From contig NC_059434.1 in NCBI RefSeq assembly GCF_021028975.2, forward strand, positions 68,758,001 to 68,822,000: a DNA stretch of 64,000 nucleotides, read 5' to 3'. The position numbers were made by a program, and so were the translations under genes. Each line of letters opens with the position of its first letter. Within the stretch, counting starts at the first letter, position 1. The notes under the pieces were generated by a model that saw only the letters and a program-made list of their open reading frames with translations, ran no database searches and had not been told where the DNA came from. Source of the DNA: Sphaerodactylus townsendi (lineage: Eukaryota). Below are positions 34,722 to 46,500 of the stretch, in pieces.

Positions 34722-34783
34722 AATAAAGGAATGTGAAGTACTCAGCCTTGTTGCTGCTGTCAATCTCTTCTAGTTAAAATAAA
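34722..34783 (+). terminator. H2AZ1 polyadenylation signals (AATAAA at 34722 and 34778)
   Basis: Two AATAAA 370-430 nt after the stop, followed by a T/GT-rich tract; H2A.Z mRNAs are polyadenylated. Confidence 0.7.
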
Positions 34784-35319
34784 GGGTTTTAATAAGCAGA
34801 AACTGAAAAACATTTGTTTTCTTTTTTGTGCAGACATTTATGTGACTCCAGTGTATGATTAAATAAGTGTGATCAGTATGAATGTTGTCTGCCTGGTTTA
34901 TTACAATCATGTCTCTAGTAAACTTCTGACAAGTCAAAGCTTGCAACAGTGTTAAAACTATTAGTGTTAACAAAACGCAAAGGAAACAAACATAAATATA
35001 TTTTCTAACTGGCCCTCCAAATGAACATGGACTATTACCCAGGAGGCTGATGGGAACTGTAGTCCATGTACATCTGGAGGTCCAGAGTTTGACACCCCTG
35101 AGTTAGAAGATATATTTATATCAACTGTTCAGTATCAGTTTTTCAAATTGTAAGCTGTCTTGAGCAGAACACTGAGGAAGTGGCATAGAGATATACTAAA
35201 TTAAAAAAATTCCTAATTATACTGTATTTACACAGAAAACATTGCATATTTGTCAGTACTTCTCCCTTGTTTCCACTTTCTTCCTGTATCTTGTTGAAAA
35301 CAAATGGTCTGTGTGTAAG

Positions 35320-35620
35320 AAGAGGAGGAGTTTGGATTTATATCCTGCTTATCTATCCTGTAAGGAGACTCAAGGCAGCTTACAAACTCCTTTCTCTTCC
35401 TCTCTCCCCAACAGACAGCTAACTTTAGAAGACAACACAACAGGTAGGTGGGGTTGAGAGTTTTGAATGAACTGTGACTAGTCTAAGGTCATTCAGCAGG
35501 AATGTAGAACGGGGGAAACAAATCTGATTCACTAGATTAGAGACTGCAGCTCATGTGGAAGAGTAAAGAAAGTTGGTTCTCCAGAGTCCACTTGCTCTTA
35601 ATTGCAACAACCCTTAATCA
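35320..35620 (-). mobile_element. Squam3-type SINE
   Basis: Homology to the other copies. Confidence 0.7.
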
Positions 35621-36829
35621 CTACAGCCTAGTCTAGTGGGAAATACTTGGCAAATCCTTTCAGCCTGGCAAAGGAAGGTGACAATACTGAATTGGCATTC
35701 AAAATGTAGGTGTTGAATTGGCAAAAGCAGTACTGGTAAAGGGTTTTTTAAAACTGTTCTGATACACTCAATACATAATGTAGCAGTTGTAGTTAAATTG
35801 GGGAAATGCTAAACCACTAGATAACATCAACTAATGGGCCTGAAATCAGTTCATATTTCATCACACTGTTGTGAGGTATTTTTATAGATTCATCTTTTAT
35901 GAAGGGAGAAGTGGTGCTTCCGTCTCCCTCAAATTATTTGTATTTAAACTTTCAGTAAAGATGCTGTTGATGTCTCCCAGTTGACCTTGAGAATGACCAA
36001 AAAAACCTTCAAGCTTAAAGAAAGTTTGACTGTAAAAAGTCAACGGTCGCTCGTGTCTTTTTTCTGTAGCTAGGTTTTTAATTGCCAAAGTAATGTAGTT
36101 CAATTTTTTTCCCCTGTCCACTTTGGGGGATATGGCCTGGTTTCTGCCAAGGCACATGTAGAACATAGAGTAAAACTACCAGAAGAAAAAGAAGAATGAG
36201 AGAATGTGTGTAGACCTAGAACAACTGGCATTGCTTTCATTCTGGTCTTGAAAACCTGGTAGGACTATTAAATATGAAATCATGCCCTACAAATTGAACA
36301 CTTGTGTTGTCTTCTAAAGTTAGAACTAGAAGTGGTCTTGCTGCCTGCTGAACTAGAGGCCTCTATATAATACCCAAATTGACATCTCCCAAAAATATGA
36401 AGAGAAAAATGTACTCTTATTAAAAAGTATTCCACTGAGCAACAACCATACCATAGACTAGTGCATAGAAAAAGAAAATCTTGCAGTGGAGAACTCCACC
36501 CTGCAGCATTTAATAGATTTCTTCCAAAGTGTTCATCTTAAACACACGTGTGTTAATCTAAAGCACCTAACTCCCCTGCATTTATTTGTGCAAGGGGTGC
36601 ATAAAAGTCGGGGAAATCCCAAGTGGTCACAGGGTCTGCAGAATAAATCGGGACAGGCAATTTCCATTAAACTGACGGGTGAAAGAACAGATACCTTTGC
36701 CATGTGTAGAGTGCACCGTTTGTAATAGTGTGGGATTAACTTTCTGCAAAGCGCCTGCATTGCCTCTTCTGACGCCACCAAAGGGCATTTCCAAGCGATG
36801 GCGAAACCTGTTCCCATTGTGGACCTTTC

Positions 36830-37520
36830 ATCATCCACGACTTGTCAGCCGAGCAGTCTTGCGCATGCGTAGGGTTTACTTGCCCGCCGAGCCGCCCCGC
36901 GCATGCGTAGAGCCGTCCCGGCCACCGGTTGCAGCCTGTGCCCGGAAGCGAGAGCGGTGGCGGTTCTGCTGGGCCTTGCCGGCCCCGTGTTTCCCGAGGC
37001 GGTCGCGGCCACCATGAAGCGAAGGGGCGGCTGGGACGGCCGCTGCCTGGACGGCACGGAGTGAGCCGGAGGCCGAGAGGTGAGCCGCCGCCGCCCATCC
37101 GAGTCAGCCCTTCCCGGTCCCTTCGGAGGCGCCCGCGGGGTTGGCCGCTCCGCTCTGGCCCCGTCAGGCCCCTTTTCCCTGCGTTGCGGCGGGCGGAGGC
37201 GGAGGCGGGAGAAGCCCATGGAAGGGAACCGCGACGAGGCGGAGAAATGCATCGGCATCGCCCGGGAGGCCCTGGAGGCCGGCGACAGGGAGCGGGCGCT
37301 GCGCTTCCTCCACAAGGCCCAGAAGCTCTACCCGACCGAGACCGCCAAAGGTGAGCAGAGCGGGCGGAGAAGCGCCCTGGTCGCCCTGTGCAGGGGATGG
37401 TGCGGGAGGACGGATGGGGACGCCTCCCTCGATGATCAGCCCCCAGGCTCGTAACCGAGCGCGCAGCCCAAGAGAGCCCAGAGCCTCGGGTGACCTTAAA
37501 GACACTCACCTCTTCATTGT
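36830..37520 (+). promoter_or_regulatory. CpG-island promoter of DNAJB14 with NRF1-type sites (about 36860-36870, 36898-36908) and an ETS CCGGAAG (about 36942)
   Basis: Very high GC and CpG content; motifs read directly. Confidence 0.85.
37218..37350 (+). CDS. DNAJB14: DNAJB14 exon 1 (coding part)
   Basis: [17 protein letters not shown]...TETAK, G|gtgagc. Confidence 0.96.
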
Positions 37521-40500
37521 GAGACTCGGTTGTTTTGCCTGCGCCAGGCCTGACATGGCTCCCACTCCGTGAAATGGTTAAACAGCTTTACTCCTTACCA
37601 CACTGATCCCTAAAGCAGCCTGCCCACTCTGCTAGGTAGGGCCGACTTCTTATCCCCAAACTGTAGATAGAGGACTGAGGCCCAGAGCGAGTAGCTTGCC
37701 TAAAACCGTCTAGTGGGTTTGTGGCTGAAGTGAAATTTGAACCAGTCCAATCCAGGGCAGACTTTTCAAGGTAGGCCCATCTTCTTATCCCCATATTGCA
37801 CACGGGGGAGGCTGAGGCCCAAAGGGAGCAGCTTGCCAAGCCCATATACTGAGTTTGGGACCGAAGTGAAATTTGAACCACCCCGATCCAGTGCAGACCC
37901 ACAGCGCAATCCAGTGGAGATCCACTCCCATTAAAATCAATGTGTTTGGGCTGGCGGGTAACACTGTACAGCACTCCACTGGCAGTGGCTATGTAATGAT
38001 AGTTTCTGACAATAACAATCTACATGTTAGGTTTTTCGGTGAAAATGATACTACAGTGGAACCTCGGTTTTCGTTGGTGATCCGTCCGAAAAGAATCTAT
38101 GAAAACGGAGGCAAACTTTTCCATAGGAATCAATGTAAATCCAATTAATCCGTTCTAGGCACTCCAAAACACATTTTTGGTGAATAAACATAGTGTTTAA
38201 TGCTGAAAACAGTAACAAACAATAACACTAGGACCAGCTTCAGAGCCAGTGGACCAAATGTCGCACCAGAAAGCTGTCCAAAGAGGTCTGTTTCTGACAC
38301 CTCTTTGAGATTTGTCTGAAATGGGGCAAGACATTGTCATTAAACAAGTTGCAGACACGGCCTGCAACAGCTTTGTCCGTGTGATTTTTCTCCACAAACT
38401 CCTGCAACCTTACTGCAAATGGATGAAAACCGAGGCAAATCGATGAAAACCGAGACAAATTTTTCACTGAAAAAATCGATGAAAACCAAAGGCCCACTGT
38501 ACTTAACTTTTAGACAGTTCAGTAGAGTGTTCAAAGCACACACCTTGTCTTGCTGGGGATTATATCAACCCTGTAAGGTATACTGGCACTGTGGTTTCTT
38601 TGTGCAAGTTCAGACCTGGGTTGAGTCTTGCTACTTCAGGGCTTAGTCCCTTGGTTATAACAGCTCTCACCGTTCCTTGATAATGAAACGTTATGTTGCT
38701 GCTTAATTGTGGTAGTGCTAATTAGTATTCTTGCAAAGTGCTTTATTATTCTGGCAGCCTTTTTCATTCTTGCTGTAGATATGGGCTGGATTTTGAGCAA
38801 GTATATTGGGTCAACTATTCTGTATCTTTAGTTTTCTGTTTTAATACCTGAATGCAAAAAGTTTGTAGCTGTTGTGGTAAGATTTAAATTATGATTGTTG
38901 AAATTTTCAAACTTGATTTTGGGGCACAGCGATAATGAAGAAACTAGTTTGTCTGGCTCAGAATTTGTTTTTTTGTGAGGGAATAATGTTTTATAATAAA
39001 TTCATTTAATGATAAATACTTTACATTTTTATCATACTTACATAAGCCAGTATACTACTTGCCATATAGTGAGAGAGCAAGTGAAAAGTAGTAAATTTGA
39101 CTTTGCAATGAGATTTGAACCAGTGACATCACAAATCATTTTCTTAAGTCCTTACCTTGGACCAAGGAAAGGGTTAAACATTTTGGTAGAGATTACCAAC
39201 TTCCTCCAGAGTCTGTAATTAGGAGAGTGTGTGGAAAGAATAGTGGTATCCACCAGCTCACAAGGTACCACTCACTATTCCCCACCAGTGGCAGCTCAAA
39301 TACCTATTAAAATGCTGTTTTTTGGTTGTTCTCTGCCCCCCATTCATAGCATTTAAAGGAGCATTTTGAATACAGCAGGAGAGGGAAGGTTGAAAAGGTG
39401 TGTGACCTGTTTCTGTCTGCAGAAATGCTTTGGTGGATCCAGGGCCATAATTCAGCTAAGGAAGGCCTGTGTAAATTATGCATTTTGGTTAAATTTGTAT
39501 TTATATGCTAAATCATTTTGATTCTGTCTTTATGGGAAAGAACAAGATCCATGCTGAATGCTCTGCTCAACTTGCCATGCATACATTTTCATCCTAGGAC
39601 TAGAAACTTGCTTCTTTAGTGAAAAGTTAAATCCTCAAGATGCTGATTTCACCAGAAATTACTTCCATAGTATGATTGTGGAAATATATATAGCTCTAGT
39701 CTTACAGTTCTTTCCCCAACTTCCATTTTCTGTCTATTTCAGTTCCCTTTCCATTGCTAACTTCCTAATTATTCTAACTTCCTTTTCATTTCTAACTTCC
39801 TAACTCTTTTTAGTTTCTGTATAGTCATCCTATCAATTTAATTTCAAGGTGCTTCTTGAAATACTCTCAGAAGATATTTTTGAAGAAAGGGGCGCTTGTA
39901 ATCCTACTTGTACTGTGGAATCAAAACTTAATGTTGAAATGCACCACTGCATTATATCCGGATATCTTACCTCATTGTATCTCTTTCTGTGTTTGTGTAT
40001 GCGCGAACATGCTGTGTTTGTGTATGCGCGAACATGCTGTCAAGTCACAGTTGACTTGTGGCAGTCTGCCTCAGCATGGACTGAGAGAGTTCTGAGAGAA
40101 CTCTGTCCTGGCCCAGCAGGGAGGAGTGGGGAATCTAATCTGGTCCTCCAGGTTAGAGTCCACTCCTCTTAACCACTGAATCATGCTCTGCATTGTAAAT
40201 CTAGATTAGACCAAAGAGTTACTCAATCTAATTCTCTGCTGCAAAGCAGAACTGCTCATCAACTAGTCTCCCACTCATCAAAATTTGTCAACTAATAAGC
40301 TACTGTCTCGCCCGTCTGCAGGTCTCCATCTTGAATGATCCAATGACCAGTTTATCCAAAAGGAATATAATTGTATGGCATATGTTCCCTTCTGAAAGAC
40401 TGCATTGTAAGCTGACCCAAAGGGCTGATTCTGATCAGTTGCTTTCGTTCTGGTGACGATGCTGTTGGTCGAAACTGCTGTTTACTTTGGTGCATTTTGC

Positions 40501-43500
40501 ATCGCTAGAGCAGTAGACAGTCTTCAGCAGGAAGCGCAACTTTAAATTAAAACCCAAGAGTAATTTTTAAGGTATATTCTTGGTGTTTCTGTTTGATTGT
40601 GTAAAATGATGTAGATAACACCACTAGGCTAATAAATCGGTAGGCACTGGGGTAAAAGGCGCTACCTGTTCTATTAGGTTTGCGAAGAGGCCCTCCAAAG
40701 TTGCCGGCTGGACCAGTGCTTCTTAATCATTTCCCAACTTCTCCTACTACCTAGCATTATTTTCACATGCCCCCTGCAGCCACAATTTAAAAAAAAACAG
40801 GAGGGACTCTAAACAACACAACGTTGTATAGACATGTTTCTGGCATGCATGTGATGCCCAGATCTGAGGCCTACATTCAGTGAGGTGCCTGATGGCCAAC
40901 AGTCACCTCTTTCATATTAATATTGAGTCCTGACTGCGAAAAAAACACTCTGAAAGTATTGATTATAGAAGAGAACAGTAGGCCTGCAGATATCATATTG
41001 CACTGAGTCTGTCTCTACCTTGCTGAAAATGCGACGAGAAATAAGCATTACTAGGTATTGCAGTCACATGATAAACTGAGCTTTCTGCTGGTGAAGTAAA
41101 ATTGCTAAAAAAATTTGAAGCCGTGGGGGATTTTTTAAAATTGCATTATCATCAAGCTAATTAAAGTGGGTTTAATGTTGCCTACATTATTCACATTTAC
41201 AGTATAGTCCTAGTCTTGAAGATATGGTATGTAGATATGAGGCAAAAAAGGAGAATGCTGTAGGTCACTTTGGGTTCCCATTGTGGAGAAAAGTGGAATA
41301 TATAAATGAAGTAAATAAATAAATGTATACGCAGGAATTGCCATTAATGTGGTAGACTGGCTTATATTAACATTTTCATTTTGAATGAATAAAGCCTTGT
41401 CTTAAACGTTTCACTCATTCCAGAAGAAAATGTTTCATAGGAATTTTTTTCAGTGCTCTCCGACATTTTCCAGTTTTTCTACTAGAAAAATTGAAACAAA
41501 ATGAAAAACACAATAGATTTTCCTTTAAAATTTCCAGGTTTTCCCTCTAATGCTTCCCATCTCTTACATTCTTAGAGAATGTTCTGTAAACATTTTACAG
41601 GGGTGGATTTTAATGAACAGTGCAGTTCAAAGCAGAGTTCTAGTCTCCTTAGTCCATTGAAGTCTGCTTAATATTGCACTGCAAAGCTCTTAAAATCTGG
41701 TCCATCAACTTCACACATTGAGGGCTAAAATTGAACCTTGGTTCTTGAAGGCAGTTTGCGTTGCCAATTTTTAGTATCGGAAACATGACTGTTTCTACTC
41801 TTCTAAGCCAGAAATGCTACATCAGTTGGTTGACCACCATTTAGGCAACCTGCTAAAAGAATGGAACCGCCGTTATATTTCATGTGGGTTTTGTGTCACT
41901 GATGACTATAAAATGACTGCCACAGGAGGTTGGAACAAACATACAAACACAAGGAAAGGTGATGAATGTAAACACAAAGAAAAGAAGTCCAAAATGGATA
42001 ACATGCACACAGAGGAAGACGACCAGTGGGAAGAAAGGATTGGTGTAGTCTCCATAGCCGCCACCACCTTACTGCTGATCTGTAGGTCCTGATTATGGGT
42101 TCTTGGCTCCTTCTCCAGTGACCTGTGGGGAGGATACAATTTAAAAGTCCCTGCATTTGTATTCAAGCTCCTTTCATAATGGCCCTACCTAGTTTCCTAA
42201 AGAATGTGGCAGGCATTTGGGGAAGGGAATGCAAATGCCATAGCACCCATGGGCACCATGTTAGGAAACGCTGGCACAAACCTGTTCTCTCTGTTTCCTT
42301 CTGATGTGCCCACTCCACTTTCCAGCAAATCCATTTTGTATTTCATTCTTCACTAAGATTTGAGACACCCCAGATGTTCTCAGTTGTGTTCTTCGGCCTG
42401 CAATCACCATGGCTATAACCATATTTAGCCTGTATTGGGGTGAGGAGGTATGAAGCTCTGGTGTGTAGATTCAGTATAATTCATGATAAAAAGACATATC
42501 TGTGCCTGTGCACTGTTGTAGTTGACATTTCTGATTCATTGGCACAGTGGAGGAGATTTGTTTTTTTCTGTGCCGCTAAAATGGTGAGTGCACATTGAAA
42601 ATTATGGTGAGAAGCCAAGTTTGCCATAAATTTATGTTGTAGCTCCTTTGTGTCACCACCTAAATAATGTACAAATGGCAGATTAAATTCCCATGTCCAT
42701 TGGAGTTGCTTCACATATTCTGGAGTGTACCCCCTTGTTAGGATCCAAACCTTTCACTCTCTCAAATGAGCGCTTTCCCCCAGCAAGGCATGTGGGAGAT
42801 TTTTTTTAATCCTCAGATACGTGTTATTTTGTTGATGTCCTTATATATTTGTGTCTTCCTCACCTCGCAGAAAGCTGCTCCTTAACACATTGTCCTCCCA
42901 CCCCAGACCTTTCCTGGGACAAACTGTGGGCTTTCTGTGGAGGGTGTTGTTTCCTTAGATATATGTGCCGTGGAAGTGTCTGATACGGTCGGTGTAGCTT
43001 TGCTTCTTTCCCTGTGAATCGTTCAGTCACATGGCCACATACAACAAGGCACTTTCCATTGAAGGGAGGACTGTGGCATCCCCAATAAGAGCTAAGGAAG
43101 TATCAGTCCTGGGAGCTTTGAAGATTGATCTTTAAACTTCCCAGGACTAATACTTCCTTAGCTCTTGTTGGGGATGCCACACTCCTCTTTTCAATGGAAA
43201 GTGCTCTGTTGTATGTTTTCCTTCCATTGTTGGCCGGGAGCCTGATGGCATCAGGGAAGTGTGGCAGCCTCCCTGGGCATTGGCTGGCTGCTTCCCTATC
43301 TGCTGGCAGAGGAACACGATGGATAGGCATGACTAGTGGGTTCTAGTGCCGCTCTGAACCGCAGTGCCATTGCCATACTGTCATCTTCCCTGCTCTGCCA
43401 CTTGAGCTGTGGAGGCTTATCTGATGAACCAGATTAGCTCATTCACTCCAACACGTGCCATCTGGGTTAGTCAAAGCTCTTTGGAGCTCTCTCAGCCCCA

Positions 43501-46500
43501 CCTATCTCACAGGTTGTTTGTTATGAGTGGGGGGGAAGGGAAAGGAGATTGTGAGCCCCTTTGAGTCTCCTACAGGAGAGAAAGGGGAATATAAATCCAA
43601 ACTCCTCCTCTTCCTTCTTCAAGCTGAAGTTCTTGTTGCATTTTGTTTCTCTGTTCAGAGAATATAGGGTGAAAACCAGCTGCCCTGGCAGTGCACCGGT
43701 GTCAGTGATACGTCAGCATCCAGGGCTTAGGAATGAGCTGTTCTTCTTGTATTCTCTTCACTGGTGATTGGTCTAATTAAAAAAATGTCCAGTCCCGGCA
43801 CAATAGGTATTATGCACAATAGGTATTAAGTAACAAAGAGAGGACAGAAAGTTGACACAGCTTAATCCATCAGCATAATTCTTTCCTCCTTTTTGTGATG
43901 GAAACAGTTTCAACTTGCTGAGCACGGATGTTCTTTTCTTGGGCACAGCTTAATTCTATTTTATGTCTTTATTTCATTTATTTGTAGTCTGTCTTTCTCA
44001 CTGAGACCATGTCACACAACACAGTATAAGTCAATTGATAGGACTTGATGTCTTAACAAGCAACGCAGTTGGAGCAGGAGTACTGAAATTTGGAAACAAA
44101 ACAAAAAGTATTATAAATATGTTTAAACAGTACAGAACATGGTATTGCATAAGTAGAAGACAGTGCATGAGAGCAGGATAAATTATATATTAAGTAGCTG
44201 CAAAAATTTGCTGGGGATATCACATTTTCCCCTATGGATCAGTTGCATGGAACCGGCTGCCAGATTTGGACCCAGTTGTATGGTGAGGAACCTGCGAGGG
44301 GACCCTTTCTCCAAACTATTTCCTCTTTCCCTTCTCCAGGCAGCCCCCATATTTTCAAGCTTTCTCGCTTCCTTCTCTCCGTTCCATCCACCAAACAACC
44401 TTCCTCTTCTGCCCACCATCTCCAACTAAGTGTCTTCAACTTTCTTCAGAGCCAAACTAGTACTGGAAAGAACTTTGCTTGCTCCCCCTGCCTTTCACTG
44501 GCAGAAACCAAGTCTTGAGAGTTGGCAATACCTGGGGTATATTTTCGCTTCATAGAAACCTCTGTCTTGTCTGTTCGTTGCCCCAGCATCTGGATTTAAG
44601 TATCCACATTGAGAATCAGATATTTTGACATCCTTCTGAACCACTCTTTCACAGCATATCTAAGATACAAATATCAGCAGTTGTTTATCATTATCTTGAT
44701 TATATCCTGGCAATATTATGGAAATGCTCTGATTGGTTTGGTTTAAACAGCAGAAGTGGAACTGAGTTGAAAAGAGTTGTCATGCCTGAAGCAGACCTCA
44801 TTCCCAGTCTCGGGTACCATTATCCTTCTGAGTACAGATCTCTCCAACCCATCTGAGCAGCACTTTCTACAGGTGCCAACTTACAAATGGACAAGATCTC
44901 AACAATTGCCTGTACATGTGCCTTGCATCTTTTTATCACCACCAGAACAGTAAATTTCAGTGTAGGCCAAATGTGCCGTTGTTTGTTTGTTTGTTTGTTA
45001 TTAAATTTATATACTGCCCCTCCCCCGAAGGGCTCTGGGTGGTGCACAACAGCTAAACAACAAACAATAAAATACACAAAATACAGAATAAATAGAATAT
45101 TAACTATATAATAATATAGTTAGGAAATGTCTGCGGACTGCAAAATAATAATAATGTTAGGAAATGACTGCAAACTGTGTAAGTACAATTTTCTTGTGTG
45201 ATGGGACCTGTGCTTTCTTTCCTTGTACCTCCGCTGAAATGATGTACTTTTATGATTAAGACCTTTCACGTGGCTTTTCCACAGCATACATTCTATGAAT
45301 GTAAAACATAAGTCTAGTGGCACCTGAAAGATTCCAGTATAAGTTTCTGGGTTTGTTTGTTTTTAACCAAACTGAAATAAAATAATTTTCCTATAAGGTG
45401 AAATAATTTGTGTTAGTTGTTGCCAGAGGCTTTAATGGCCAGAATCAACTGGCTGTTGTGGGTTTTCAGGACTGTGTGGTTGCAGTCTGGTGGTTTCAGT
45501 ACCTAACATTTCACCCACATCTGCGGGCAAAACATTAGGAGCTGCAACTACCAGACCATGGCCCCAACAGCCAATTTGTGTTAGTCCTTGCCATTAGATT
45601 TTTAGTTTGCTGCAACAGACTATCAACGGCTACCCCTTATGTATGTATGATTATGTATGAACGGCTACCCCTTATGTATGATTATGTATGAATATGTAAC
45701 TTATGCCCTTTTTCTTTGCAGTGTTGTTGGAAGCAATCATAAAGAATGGGAGTGCAGCTGGGGGCGGCGCTTACTGTCGCAAGCCAGCGAGTGGCAACGA
45801 TCAGAGTAAACCCAATGGCATGAAGGACAGTAGTGCATCCGCTGCGGGTGAAATTGGGAAGACTTACACCAAAGATCAAGTGGAAGGCGTGCAGAGGTAT
45901 TGCTTTAAGTAAACTGCTCATTCCTTTGATAGGACCAATGTTGTAGCCTGGGAATCCAGGAAAGCAGATACAAAGAAGCACCCACTCTGACGTGATGCAG
46001 TTCAGTGCTTTAAGGATTTAGGTTAGAATGTCAAGTCAGTTCCCTTGAGAAGACATTAGGCCAATCACTGGGACGATACGGCAGCAACCGAAATGTTTGA
46101 AACGAGAGCTAGATTTTTGAATGCCGTATTAGAAACTCCTTTGAGCTGAACCCGCTGCTTTTCTTTTGACAATATCTCTTGGGAATAGTAGATCTACCAG
46201 ACCACAGCCACACAGCCCGGAAAACCCACCACAACTAGTTGAATCCAGCCGTGAAAGCCTTCAACAATACATTAAACTTACATTGTTTTCACATTAATAT
46301 CTGGATTCAGGTTATCCCATGGTAAATAAGTTATAGTAATGTATAGATTCCAGTAATTTTATAATCTTACATCTTGACCCCCTAAACTAGTCAACCAAAT
46401 AACAATAATAAAAGGGAGATAGAGATCACTGTAGGGGTTAAAAGAAAAACCCCTCCCCCCTGCCCTCCATCAGATTCCCTCTTTAGACTTCCCCAACCTT

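Noticed and set aside
36736-37572. Long ORFs of 113-257 aa on both strands
   Set aside because: Stop-poor GC-rich CpG island. Only the frame holding DNAJB14 exon 1 and the uORF is supported.
40445-40480. Possible hammerhead (GTGACGA...CGAAAC)
   Set aside because: Lacks the CUGANGA core and a convincing stem I or II.
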